DNA of 64,000 bases, from assembly GCA_951406725.2 (NCBI GenBank), contig OX597839.1, positions 13,702,001 through 13,766,000 on the forward strand, in the 5' to 3' direction. The translations under genes were made by a program, and so were the position numbers. How positions within the stretch are numbered: position 1 is the stretch's first letter; every line of letters begins with the position of its first letter. The notes below the pieces were generated by a model that was not told where the DNA came from, made no database searches, and worked only from the letters and a program-made list of their open reading frames with translations. This document shows, piece by piece, positions 25,606 through 38,216 of this stretch. The DNA comes from Octopus vulgaris (taxonomy: Eukaryota).

Positions 25606-25808
25606 TAAAACCACTGGGAATGAGGGACCCTTGGTGTCAGGGCCCGCATTAAAACCACTGGGAGTGAGGGACCCTTGGTATCAGGGCCCGCATTAAAACC
25701 ACCGGGAGTGAGGGACTCTTGGTGTCAGGGCCCGCATTAAAACCACCGGGAGTGAGGGATCCTTGGTGTCAGGGCCCACATTAAAACCACTGGGAGTGAG
25801 GGACCCTT
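25606..25808. repeat. 44-bp tandem repeat, ~4.6 copies
   Basis: Unit 'taaaaccactgggagtgagggacccttggtgtcagggcccgcat'; the ccac anchor recurs at 25611, 25655, 25699, 25743 and 25787. Confidence 0.95.
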
Positions 25809-26103
25809 ACTTGTTATTACAGCACACTTCTAGAAGGACACTTTGATGTAAAACTGTGGTTTTTAAATACAGGTCAATACTAGTCATCTTGCTTCGGCCT
25901 GTCACTTGCTACTAATTCATACTTGGTATTAATCATACACAGAAAATGATACTCAGGTCATACAAGCATTTATCACTATAATACAATGACACAGAAAGTC
26001 TCTTTATGGTGACCTCGTTTGTCATTCTATTTACTGAAAGTCCTCTGGTGATTTAAGAGTGGCGATGTGTGTTGACCTAATCAGTGGGAAGAATACATAT
26101 TTC

Positions 26104-26524
26104 GGATCTTTTCGGTTTGAACGGCAGTTTTTTCTAGCGGTGTCATATGAAATTGTCACCCATAATTATTACCCTAGTATCGATCTATTGCATTTCAATC
26201 TGTTTTAGGGTTAGGGTTAGGGGTGGGGGGAAGGGTATCTTTTTTTCTTCACAAATGTAAATAAACCCAATCTGTTTCTTAAACGAGGGACATTTTCATA
26301 CGGCACAGAATGCTTTTTTTTACCTCAATAGACGTCACTGATTGGTTGAAATTGCAGTAATTGAAGAAAATAAACAACAAATATCTTACAAACTATAGAA
26401 TTTTCTCAATAAAGCCAAGAGAAAAAGATGTTTTATAAACACATTCTACCTGTATACGAAGTTTAAAAGTGTTTAGTTACATGGAAATTATTCTAAAAAA
26501 CTGCTGATCAAACCGAAAAGATCC
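26104..26524 (+). mobile_element. Telomeric-repeat MITE
   Basis: Same TIRs and interior as 15721. Confidence 0.9.
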
Positions 26525-27172
26525 CAGTAAGATACAACTCTCATCTGCCAGCTATGCTTCAAAACCTGCAGATCTGCAACAAGAGTGAATGATCATCTGA
26601 GAGGTCATGGATGGAAAGTCAGAAATGCTATTGGCACTGAGGAAGTACAAGGTGACAGCAATCAGCTATGACAATGGAGCAGTCACCACATACATACATA
26701 GATACATACGTGCATATATGAGCATGTCTAAATATGCAAGTATATGCATGAGAGTATATGCATGAGAGTACGTACATAAAGTACATGCATAAAGTATACA
26801 TAAAGTACATACATAAAGCAAAACATACAAAGCTGCTCATACTCTTTTTTTACTCTTTACCCTCTTACTTGTTTCAGTCATTTGACTGTGGCCATGCTGG
26901 AGCACCGCCTTTAGTCGAGCAAATCGACTCCAGGACTTATTCTTTGTAAGCCCTGTACTTATTCTATCGGTCTCTTTTACCGAATAAAATAAACTTGCAG
27001 AGTGGAAGTTTCAACGTCTTCCTTCAGTTTCCTTACACCATTGATGAGGCAGTTTCTGACAAGAAATTTCACTTTCATATAAAACAACTATATTTTGTAG
27101 TCATTATCCGTAATCTACTCCCAAAACACTTCAGCTCTACTTTGCATCGCTTGCATGTTCTATGATCTTTAA

Positions 27173-27560
27173 CATGTTTGTTACTGTATTTATTTTAAGA
27201 TGCTCTGTGTTTCTTTCAATTACTTTAAATATAACAAAGAATTTAGTAAAATAACTTAGTTATCATTCAGCTAGTGTTAGGAACATAAATTGTGACTAAG
27301 GTTTGGTGGAAGATTTTAATTCAAAACTTATGAAAACAAGACATTTGTTACCATATTTGTGTTGAGATGCTCTGTGTTTCTTTCAATTACTTTTAAATAT
27401 AACAAAGAATTTAGTAAAATAACTTAGTTATCATTCAGCTCGTGTTAGGAACATAAATTGTGACTAAGGTTTGGTGGAAGATTTTAATTCAAATCTTATG
27501 AAAACAAGACATTTGTACTCAGAGCCAGAGCCGGTTTCAGCCAGGTTGTTAATGAAAGGG
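27173..27560. mobile_element. piggyBac-like MITE with internal tandem duplication (~167 bp)
   Basis: Right end 'gaaaggg|ttaa', degenerate left end after ttaa at 27169. 27199-27348 is repeated at 27366-27516. Confidence 0.6.
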
Positions 27561-28459
27561 TTAAAGTGTAACAACATCCACAATAACCAGAACTTCAATT
27601 TCATTTTCTGTTCCTAGGTTAATCGGAAACATAGATCGCTGTGCTACTCAGGAAGGAATTACAACTGTGTTTCGTGGTCTGCTACCACAACAGCTCCTTT
27701 ATAGGATCCATTTAGCTCAAGACATCATCAGGAGGAACCATGTCCGGTTTCGGCCCCTACTCCTCTACCGTTTTGACGTTGCAGGGCCCCTCCTTTCGGA
27801 GGTGTCTTCAACTCTGGTGTTGGGTGCATGTCTTCTTTCTTATTCTTTCTTCTGTTCCCTGGCCTCTTCGATGTATCGTCAGCGAGTGTCAGCCGGTGAC
27901 TGACTGACTTGTCAAAATTCTCAAAATATGTTGCCCATGCTTGGCTGGGGGTTTAGAGATGGGATTTCGGACAAACATTTAAGGTTAGATTTACCGTGTG
28001 GGGTTAGAATTTACAGAAAGCATTTAGGTTTTTCGTGTGCCATAAAGTGAAAGGCTGTTGTTGATGTACTGAAATCTCTTTACACACATACATGACTCAT
28101 GTGCCAATTCAACACGTGAATAAATAAAGTGAAAAGTGAACCAGGGTGCCTATTATTTAATTTGAAAAATATTTTTATGTGAAACCATAATTTGAGGTGG
28201 TCACGATAAAATGCATTCAATAGATGCAAATATATTTGTATGTTTACATTATTACTCATACTGACCTAGATGCACGATGTATTTAGAAGTGAATATTATG
28301 TAACAACTATATATATATATATATAAAACTACATGTTAACAAAATTTATTTGTAAGTGTATTGAATACAATAGTTATAGAATATATATACGGTGGTTCTC
28401 TGCTCGTAATGCAGAATTTGAGCACCTCTTGTACTTAGTCATGCATTTGGCACCTGAGA

Positions 28460-28793
28460 CTCACCCCACTTCGGTCATGACTGACCGTGGGATTGCACCT
28501 AGAAAGTTAACCTCTCAGGCACAAGTCTGGGCAAGGTTGTTTCTGGAAGACCAGCAGTCACCCATGTATACCTGTCTCCCCTCTCCACGCCACAAGTGTT
28601 ATCCAAGGGAAAGGCAACAGCAGGTACAGCTAGGCACCTGTGATGTCGCAACTCATTTCTACCGCTGAGTGAACTGGAGCAACGTGAAATAAAGTGTCTT
28701 GCTCAAGAACACAACACGCAGCCCAGTCCAGGATTCAAACTCACAACCTCAAGATCGTAAGCTCAACGCTCTAACCACTGAGCCATGCACCTT
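28460..28793 (-). mobile_element. SINE family D, full length
   Basis: tRNA-like head on the minus strand 'tggctcagtggttagagcgttgagcttacgatc..gtttgaatcctgg'; homologous to 36572. Confidence 0.85.
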
Positions 28794-28942
28794 CACTATT
28801 TGACACCAACAACATATAAATAACAACACAAAATCAGCTCTTTACAAATCATTTGTCTTACCATCCCCAGTGTATTCTTCTGAAACATAGACATGTTATG
28901 AAAGACATTTCAAATTACAGAATATATATATATATATATATA

Positions 28943-29228
28943 TCACGTGATCACGTGACCGACCAGACCATCAGATGTTGTTACACACTGCTGGTCACAA
29001 TGCATTCGCATTGTTTTAACCTTCGAATGACGCCACCCAGCTGGCTAAGCGAGCAGGCCAACAGAAGAAAGAGTGGTGAAAGAGTACAGCAGGGATCACC
29101 ACCCCCTGCTGGAGCCTCGTGGAGCTTTTTTTAGGTGTTTTTGCTCAATAAACACTCACAATGCCCGGTCTGGGAATCGATCTTACGACCGCGAGTCTGC
29201 TGCCCTAACCACTGGGCCATTGTGCCTC

Positions 29229-29230
<2 letters not shown>
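28943..29230 (-). mobile_element. SINE family E
   Basis: Head 'ggaggcacaatggcccagtggttagggcagc' shared with 31157; tail shared with 23205-23325 and 8905-8980. Confidence 0.8.
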
Positions 29231-29259
<29 letters not shown>

Positions 29260-29288
29260 CAAAATAAGCAACAGGTAATCAAGAGGTG

Positions 29289-29376
29289 ATGCAGTATGAC
29301 TGTTTCAAGTGGCTCCATTTAATTGAACAATGCAATCATTACATCAATTTAAATGCAGGGCTATCCTCAGCTGCAT
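29289..29376 (-). ncRNA. Degenerate type-I hammerhead motif
   Basis: Minus strand atgcag-CTGAGGA-(catttaaattga..tcaattaaatg)-GAAA-cagtca-TA-ctgcat. Confidence 0.6.
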
Positions 29377-29729
29377 AAATAAATAGAATTTTTAATCAGT
29401 TGGACACAGTAATATAATTTTACTCAAATTCCCTAACAGTGCAAGAAGAGGGGAAAATGTCCATGTACCTATCATCATGGGTTTACCGACAAATTTACAC
29501 AGAAGCTTAGCAATATCAAGTTTTGCAAAGAAAGTGCAAAAGCAACTGATGCAGATTCTTCAAATCCAAATCCGAACTATATATATATATAACCCGTGGC
29601 CTATGCCAGGAGCATAACCAGCCCGTTTATGCGTAGCTTTTCCTTCTTTGGTCACTAAACTTTGCTTGTGAAGACCTTTTGAGGCAAGTGAAATCAAAAT
29701 CAAAATCAAATCAAAATCAAAATCTTTTC

Positions 29730-30276
29730 GATGACTGGCATCCATGCTAGCGGGGTGCAAAGAGCACCATACGAGTGTGATTGTTGACAGAGCGGCTATT
29801 CGAGTATGATCATTACCAGCGTCGCCTTACTGGCACTTATGCCTGTGCTAGTAGGGTGCCAAGAACACCATCCGAGCATGATTGTTGCCAGAGCAGCCAA
29901 CTGGCTTCCGTACCTGTGGCACATAAAAGGGCACTATTCGAGCGTGATCGTTACCAACGTCACTTCACTGGCACCTGTGTCGGTGGCATTTGTAAAAAGA
30001 TTCGAGCGAGGTCATTGCCAGTAACGCCTGACTGGCCCCCGTGCAGGTGGCACGTAAAAAGCACCCACTACACTCACGGAGTGGTTGGTGTTAGGAAGGG
30101 CATCCAGCTGTAGAAACTCTGCCAGATCAAGACTGGAGCCTGGTGCAGCCATTTGGCAAAAGAGACCGAAAGAATAAGTACTAGGCTTACAAAGAATAAG
30201 TCCTGGGGGTCGATTTGTTTGGCTAAAAGGTGTTGCTCCTGCATGGCTGCTGTCAAAATGACTAAAACAAATAAAA

Positions 30277-30280
<4 letters not shown>
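29730..30280 (+). mobile_element. Family-B element with internal tandem modules, fused to a family-A tail
   Basis: Repeated 'cgagcgtgatcgttaccagc..ggcac' modules, then B body, then a switch at ~30152 to the A tail. Confidence 0.75.
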
Positions 30281-30323
<43 letters not shown>

Positions 30324-31156
30324 TATATATACGCATGTGTGTGTGTGTGTGTGTGTATATACGTATATGCACACACACACACACACACATACATAGGCAT
30401 ACATATATTAATTATTGTTAATATAAGTAATTCAAGAGTTGAGGGTTTGATAAGTGCTTTGGCACAAATCTCAAAGCCCTCGAGTCACTTATGTGGCTTT
30501 ATAGCTAATAAATCACATACGTATACACACACACACACACATACATACACATACAAATACATGTTTGTGTGTGTGTGTGTGTGTGTAGATATATGTAAAC
30601 AAAATTTTATAATTATGTCAACTTAAAGGCATCAATACGTCGTGTATGTGTGGGTGTGTGATTGACAATATATGTGTGTGTGTGTGTGCATCATGTATAT
30701 ATATATATATATATATATGGTGTGTTATGTATTACACATATGTGTTAGTATGTGTATGTGTTGGTGTTTACAAAAGCTGACTATGTTTATCCAACACAAC
30801 TGTCACTGTTATGACAGCAATGAGGAGTCCACGAATGAAATTATGTATCACTGGAACGCAGTAGATTCTGTGTCCATAAAGTACACGACATGTATTCTCT
30901 CTCTCTTTCTCTTTCTCTCTCTGTACCCCATTTTTGAGATGCCCTTTATATTTGGTCCTTTACTTGTTTCAGTCATTAGACTGCGACCATGTTGAGGCAC
31001 TGTCTTGGAGGGTTTTAGTCAAACAAATTGCTCCTAGTAGTTGTTTCCTTTTCAAGCCTGGTACTTCTCTTCCTCCTCCTCCTCATCATCATCACCACCA
31101 CCACCACCACCACCACCATCATCGTCATCACCATCACCATCAACATCAGTAGCAGT

Positions 31157-31535
31157 GGAGGCGCAATGGCCAAAGGGTTAGGGCAGCGAACTCGCGGTCG
31201 GAGGATCGCGATTTCGATTCCCAGACCGGGTGTTGTGTGTGTTTATTGAGCGAAAACACCTAAAGTTCCACGAGGCTCTGGCAGGGAGTGACGGTGACCC
31301 CTGTTGTACTCTTTCACTCCAACTTTCTCTCAGTCTTTCTTCCTGTTTCTTGTCCCTGACTTCCTACGCAACCGCTGAGCCTGGATGCGCATTCATCCAT
31401 CCGTCGATGCTCTCGGTGTCGGAGGTTGACCTGCTTTCTCTTCTGTGGGTCTTACGAATAGCAAAGGACCACGTTTCGGACTTCTCCCATCTTGCGAGCT
31501 CTGGAACGAAGACCGTTCGCTCAACAGCAACAGCA
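31157..31535 (+). mobile_element. SINE family E head with alternative body/tail
   Basis: A/B-box-like head 'tggccaaagggtt..tttcgattccc'; ends in (CAA/CAG)n. Confidence 0.65.
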
Positions 31536-32344
31536 TCCTTGTTCAGCATCCACTCTCCATGTTGGCATGGGTTGGACGGTTTGACATGGAGCTGACTAGC
31601 AGAGAGTTGTCCAGACTGCAGCTGTTTATTATTATTTCTTTACTGCCCACAAGGGGCCAAACAAGGACAGACAAACGGATTTCCCTTTCACATAGTAAGA
31701 AGCTCTCTGTCTTCATTATTTGTAGTTTTATTTCTGAGACACGATGCTACAAGTAAACTAAAATGCTCTTCACACATAGAAATCAGTCTTTAATACTAAT
31801 GACCTCATTATTACAAACACTGTACTGAAGTGTCCTCAACAAGTGGCCACAACACCTCAGCATATGTAATCCACACTTGATATTTAATATCTTACATTAA
31901 CAACTGTCTGGTGTTATTTGAAGACTGTGTTGTTTCCTTTAAAACATATTTTTTAAATGTCTTAGCTATTTGTAATGGGTGGATGACAACAAAAACATAG
32001 TCGTGGTGTACCACCTTGGTGGCTGATTGTGGCTACATAAAATATCCTAGCCAAAGGTTCCAGGTTCAGTCCCACTGCATGGCACCTTGGGCTAGTATTT
32101 TCTAAGATGCCTCAGGTTAACCAAAGCCTTGTGAATGGATTTGGAAAATGGAAATTGAAAGAAGCCCATCATAAATATGCATGTGTGCATGTGTGTTTGT
32201 TTATGCCTGTTTGTCCCCCACTACCACTCAACAACTTGTGTTGGTGTGTTTATGTCCCTGTAACTTAGCAGTTCAGCAAAAGAAACTAATACAAGTACCG
32301 GGCTTAAAATGATAATAATCACTGAGATTGATTCATTTGTTTAT

Positions 32345-32975
32345 CTTTTACTTGTTTCAGTCATTAGACCGTGGCCATGCTGGGGCACCACCTTGAAGAA
32401 TTTTTAGTTGAATGAATTGACCCCAGTACTTATTTTTTGTCAAGTCGGATATGTTTTCTAGTGGGCTCTTTTGCTAAGCCGCTAAGTTATAGGGATGTAA
32501 ACACACCATCCCAGGTAGTAAAGCAGTGGGGGGAGGGGACAAACATAGTCACAAAGACACACACACATACATAAACAACAGGCTTCTTTCAGTTTCCATT
32601 TACCAAATCCACTCACAAGGCTTTGGTCAACCTGAGGCTACTGAACAAACTTGCCCAAGTGGATGACAACAAAAACATAGTGTTGGTGAACCACCTTGGT
32701 GGCTGATTGTGGTTACATAAAATATCCTAGCCAAAGGTTCCAGGTTCAGTCCTACTGTATAGCACCTTGCGTTTTCTAAGATGCTTCAGATTAACCAATG
32801 CCTTGTGAGATGATTTGGAGGATGAAAACTGAAAGAAGCCCATCATAAATATGCATGCTTTTGGGGTCAATAAAATAAGTACCAGTTGAACACTTGGGTT
32901 GATATAACATGGTGGGACTGAACCCAGAACCATGTGGTTGGGAAGCAAGCTTCTTACCACACAGCTTAGCCTGCA
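32345..32975 (-). mobile_element. SINE family A interrupted by locally templated inserts
   Basis: The reverse SINE breaks at 'cttgcccaag' (32659) and resumes at 'gtgggactgaaccc' (~32912). Confidence 0.75.
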
Positions 32976-33142
32976 TCCGATCAAAATATAAACGACTATA
33001 AAGCTGATCCTAACGAAGATATAACTGAAATCTTTGATTTGCATAATATGGTAAATTTATGGTTTCATTTTTTTATTTCAATGCTGTTACAGAATTGTAT
33101 TAACATTTTCTTATATAAAAACACTTCAAAATATCTTTCAAT

Positions 33143-33713
33143 GAGCAAGCTGGCAGACTCATTAGCATACCTGGCAAAAGTACCTAATAGCATCTCATCC
33201 ACCTCGACGTTCTGAGTTCAAATTGTGTTCAGGTCAACTTTACCTTTTATGCTTTTGGGGTCAATAAAATAAGTACCAGTCGAACACTGGGGTTGATATA
33301 ATTGACTTAATCCGTTTGTCTGTCCTTGTTTGTCCCCTCTGTGTTTAGCCCCTTGTGGGTAGTAAAGAAATAGGTATTTTGTCTGCCGCCATGTACTGAG
33401 TTCAAATTCTGCCGAGGTCGACTTTACCTTTCAGGGTCGATAAATTAAGTACCAGTTACGCACTGGGGTTGATATAATCGACTTAATCCGTTGGTCTGTC
33501 CTTGTTTGTCCCCTCTGTGTTTAGCCCCTTGTGGATAATAAAGAAATAGGTATCTTGTCAGTCTTTACGTTCTGAGTTCAAATTCCACCGATGTCAGCTT
33601 TGCCTTTCATCCTTTCAGGGTCGATAAATTAAGTACCAGTTGCATACTGGGGTCAATCTAATCAACTGCCATCCTGCAAAAAAAATCTCAGGTCTTGTGC
33701 CTAGAGTAGATAA
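33143..33713 (+). mobile_element. SINE family C trimer (tail1-tail1-tail2)
   Basis: Two 'aaagaaat-aggtat' junctions at ~33371 and ~33547. Confidence 0.85.
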
Positions 33714-34124
33714 GTATAATAATAAGGGTTTCAAATTTTGCCACGAGGACAGCCATTCTGGAGAGAGGGGATAAGCCAATTTCATCTATATATATATACA
33801 TAGCCAAATGGATTGACCCTGAAGATGTTGCACCAAAAACTGTGCTAGGTTGCACCTGCAACTGCCTATAATTTGTGATGTGGAGACATGCACAGGTCAT
33901 AAAGACCATAATCATATGCTGTATAAAATTGTAAAATAAGCGGAAATACATTTTGAGGATGAACAAGTCTCCATGTTCTATTATTGCTAATAAACACACA
34001 CACACACAAACATACCTATATATGCACCCACACATAGGCATGCATGTGTTTGTGTGTGTTTGTGTATATCTATCTATCTATCTGTCTGTCTGTCTATCTA
34101 TTTGTGTGTATATATATATATATG

Positions 34125-34166
<42 letters not shown>

Positions 34167-34561
34167 TATTAATACTTACATTCTTACATATAATTTTATG
34201 CAAAATATGTCTGTATACACACACAAATTTATTACAGGAAGTAAAAAAGCATCACGAGAGGGAGAGAAAGAGAGAGACAGAGATGGGGAAGAGAGTGATG
34301 AGTTAATCTTACAGGTTGAATGAGACTTCACAGGTGACAATGGATCAGAGGATTATGACAAGAAAATAATACGTTTTAGGCAGAGCCTATCTAAATGATG
34401 ACATCAGGCCATAATGCATGATGTGTATGTGTATATGTGCATGTGTGAAGGATGCAGATACATATGTGTGTATGTGTGTGTGCGTATGTATGTGTGAACA
34501 CTCACTTATTCTCACACACACACACACTATTACTGAAATGAGTTATTTTCAACAAGTATAT

Positions 34562-35180
34562 GCGCAGGAGTGGCTGTGTGGCATGAAGCTTGCTTACCGA
34601 CCACATGGTTCCGGGTTCAGTCCCACTGCATGGCACCTTGGGCAAGTGTCTTCTACTCTAGCCTCGGGCTGACCAAAGCCTTGTGAGTGGATTTGGTAGA
34701 CGAAGACTGGCACGTAAAAAGCACCATCCGATCATGGCTGTTGCCAGCCTTGCCTGGCCTCCGTGCCAGTGGCACGTAAAAAGCACCCACTACACTCATG
34801 GAGTGGTTGATGTTAGGAAGGGCATCCAGCCGTAGAAACACTGCCAGATCAGACTGGGCCTGGTGCAGCCTTCTGGCTTCACAGACCCCAGTTGAACCGC
34901 CCAACCCAAGCTAGCATGGAAAGCGGACGTTAAACGATGATGATGATGATGATGATGATATGGGTGTGTATATGTTTGTGTGTCTGTGTTTGTCCCCCCA
35001 ACATCGCTTGACAACCGATGCTGGTGTGTTTACGTCCCTGTAACTTAGCGGTTTGGCAAAAGAGACCAATAGAATAAGTATTAGGCTTACAAAGAATCAG
35101 TCCTGGGGTCGATTTGCTCAATCAACTAAAGGCGGTGCTCCAGCATGGCCACAGTCAAATGACTGAAACAAGTAAAAAGA
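34562..35180 (+). mobile_element. SINE family A with a family-B segment (34708-34958) in the middle
   Basis: A head to 34703, B body with (GAT)n, then the A 3' half. Confidence 0.8.
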
Positions 35181-35803
35181 GTATTTAGCCATGATTAATA
35201 TAGCATGTTGTGTTTTGTGAGCTTCAGAAATTTTTCTGAATATTTTGTCTGAATAAAATGTATTTTTTCCTTAAGAGTATGAAGAATAAAAGAAGATTAT
35301 TTCCTACTCTACCATAAATTCTTAGCATATTATTTAGATTTTATATATAAAAAATAATGGGCAGAAATAATTTTAGATTAGTATTATTAAAATTGCACAA
35401 TAATATTTTATGACCATTATGTAAGTTTTTATTTATTTTATTTGCTTATTTTTATCTTTATTATATTTTAAAATTATTGACACTCCTGCTTACAAACATA
35501 TTCAGTTCAGTCTATTGTAGGACTAACAATCCTTACATGTGATTTTGTCTAATTTTGTGAAATATTTCCCTGATGAGATTCATACTCATAAATATGAATT
35601 TTTTATGAATTCATTATTGGTTACGAATCAGAGCAATTTATAGGATTACTATTTGTATTTCTATTCATATTATACTATATTATTATTCATATTATATTAC
35701 ATTATAAGTGTAATATAATATTATATTAATAAATTATATTTAAAATATGTCAATTGTTAAATTATAAGGTACCAAAAGTGAATGACTCTCCCCAGTCACA
35801 ACA

Positions 35804-35850
<47 letters not shown>

Positions 35851-36097
35851 ATGAAGGGTTTAGTTGACTGGTGATCTAAATGTGTAAGGGCTATAATTGG
35901 TCATCCATTAGGTTGTAAGGGCTATAATTGGTCATCCATTAGGTTCCAAATTCACAGCTGAGGCTGGAGCTAGGGATCCATTGTAGGCTTCCGAGTTGGA
36001 GGAAAAAGGACAACAAAAACCAAGGCAAGACAAGTATCTGAAGTACTTTAGAATACTTAATTAGGGTAAGGTGAATTTCAGGTAATTAATTATTGGA

Positions 36098-36175
36098 TGT
36101 CTGACAGCTGTTTCTGGGATATCGCAAGTGAAAGGTTAGCATCTCCATACACTGGGTATTCCGTCATCAGAGACA
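36098..36175 (-). ncRNA. Canonical-core type-I hammerhead motif
   Basis: Minus strand tgtct-CTGATGA-cggaatac..gatatccca-GAAA-cagctg-TC-agaca; palindromic ACAGCUGU stem III; GUC triplet. Confidence 0.75.
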
Positions 36176-36289
36176 AGTTGAGTGTGTATGAAAGTTCTAG
36201 ATAGGGAATTCACAGTTTATAAAGGAACAAATAGTAGATAGAAGAAAATGTATATATAAATATGTGCATGTGTGTGTGTATAAATCTGT

Positions 36290-36359
<70 letters not shown>

Positions 36360-36571
36360 CCCCTGGTTTAAAAAATATTAAGTACTGGTATCAATTTGTT
36401 CAACTAAAATTCTTCAAGGCAGTGCCCCAGTATGGCCACAGTCTAATGACTGAAACAAGTAAAAGATGTATTTGTCTCTCCCAAGATACAACAACAACAC
36501 ACACACACAAAGAAAGATATATACATATACATACATAACATACATACATATATGTGTGTGTGTGTGTACAT

Positions 36572-36903
36572 GCATAGCTCAGTGGTTAGAGTGTAGGGCT
36601 CACAATCATGAGGTTGCAAGTTTGATTCCCAGACCAGGCTGTGTGTTGTGTCCTTGAGCAAGAAACTTTATTTCACGTTGCTCCAGTCACTCAGCGGTAG
36701 AAATGAGTTCCGACATCACTTGTGCCAAGCTGTATCAGCCTTCGCCTTTCCCTTGGATAACATCAGTGGTGCAGAGAGGGGAGGCTGATATGCATGGGTG
36801 ACTGCTGGTCTTCCATAAACAACCCTGCCCAGACTTGTACCTTGGAGGGGAACTTTCTAGGTGCAATCCCATGGTCATTCATGACCAAAGGGGGTCTTTA
36901 CCC
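36572..36903 (+). mobile_element. SINE family D, full length
   Basis: A-box 'tagctcagtggtt', B-box 'gtttgattccc', core 'tgtgtccttgagcaag'. Confidence 0.85.
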
Positions 36904-36941
36904 ATTATATGTATGAATGTATGTATAGATAAATGTGTGTT

Positions 36942-36972
<31 letters not shown>

Positions 36973-37037
36973 GTATGTATATATAGCTATATATGTGTTC
37001 ATATATATGTTTATATATATATATATATATATATAGT

Positions 37038-37233
37038 GTTGTGTCAGGGGAGAGTCATTTTCTTTTTGTGCCTTATTATTTAACACACCCACCGGTAAAA
37101 TTTCCACTTTTTTTCTTATTTTTATTTTCCTAAAATTTTCCGTTACGTCTTGCAACCTTTTCAATAGTTTTGACTCTTATTTTAGGAAATAAGAAAAAAA
37201 GTGGAAATTTTACCGACTCTCCCCAGACACAAC
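37038..37233. repeat. Fold-back element
   Basis: 'gttgtgtcaggggagagtc'/'gactctccccagacacaac' and 'cggtaaaatttccactttttttcttattt'/'aaataagaaaaaaagtggaaattttaccg'. Same terminus at ~35783-35803. Confidence 0.8.
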
Positions 37234-37717
37234 AGAATATGCTTCAACACACGAACTCATATAAAGAATGTTGCAAACCAAATCCAAAAACAAAATATAT
37301 ATATATATATATACATGTGTGTTTATATATATGTGTGTGTGTGTGTGTATGTATATATGTATGTATGTGTATATGTGTTTGTATTGCCTCCTCACTGCTT
37401 TACATCTAGAACTGGTTTGTTTACATTCCTCTAAGTTAGCAGTTAGGCAAAATGCTGATAGAAAAAGTACGAGATATTAAAAAGTTTATAAATATTGCAC
37501 TTGATTTATTTGACTGGACCCTTCAAGGCTGTGTCCCATTATGGCTGCAATCCAATGACTGAAGCAAGCAAACAGTAAAAAGTTTTTTAAAAAAACAAAC
37601 AAAAATTAAGGTTTGATTTGAATGAGATTTGGCTGCTATTTCTAGCATGTTGAGCTTGTGCGGTGGTGAAGCAAGATGCTTGTTTTGTTTTTTTTTGTTT
37701 TTCTCTTCTCTTATATA

Positions 37718-38216
37718 GGCGCAGTGGCTGTATGGTAAGCAGCTTGTTTCCCAACCACATGGTTCCGGGTTCAGTCCCACTGTGTGGCACCTCAGGCAAG
37801 TGTCTTCTACTATAGCCTCAGGTTGACCAAAGCCTTGTGAGAGGATTTGGTTGACGGAAACTGAAAGAAGCCTGTCGTATATAATCTTTAAATGTGTCTG
37901 TGTTTTTGTCCTTTACCCACTAGCGTAGCTAGAGTGTGTACTGCCCGGGGGTGAAGGCCTTCTGTTTGCCACCCCCGGACCCCACAAAAAACACATACTG
38001 CCTAAAGCAATAGCTTACAACAGGATGAAAAGTTCCAACCCTTTAAAAGTGCCCATACCACCGCCTGATAACCAGTATTGGTGTGTTTATGTCCCTATAA
38101 CCTAGCAGTTCGGCAAAAGAGACTAATAGAACGAGTACTAGTCATAAAAAATAAAAGTACTGGGTCCAATTCATTTGACTAAAATCTCTTGAAGACGGTC
38201 ACTCGGCATGGCCATA
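37718..38216 (+). mobile_element. SINE family A with inserted hAT-like fragment
   Basis: A head 37718-37880, foreign 'cactagcgtagctagag..gcccgggg' at ~37918, A tail from ~38070. Confidence 0.7.

Noticed and set aside
25606-25808. CRISPR-like regular repeats
   Set aside because: Units are contiguous with no unique spacers, there are no cas genes, and the context is eukaryotic.
35567-35646. Hammerhead-like ctgatga with stem gattc/gaatc
   Set aside because: The GAAA box is absent (agag). Possibly a decayed copy but unsupported.
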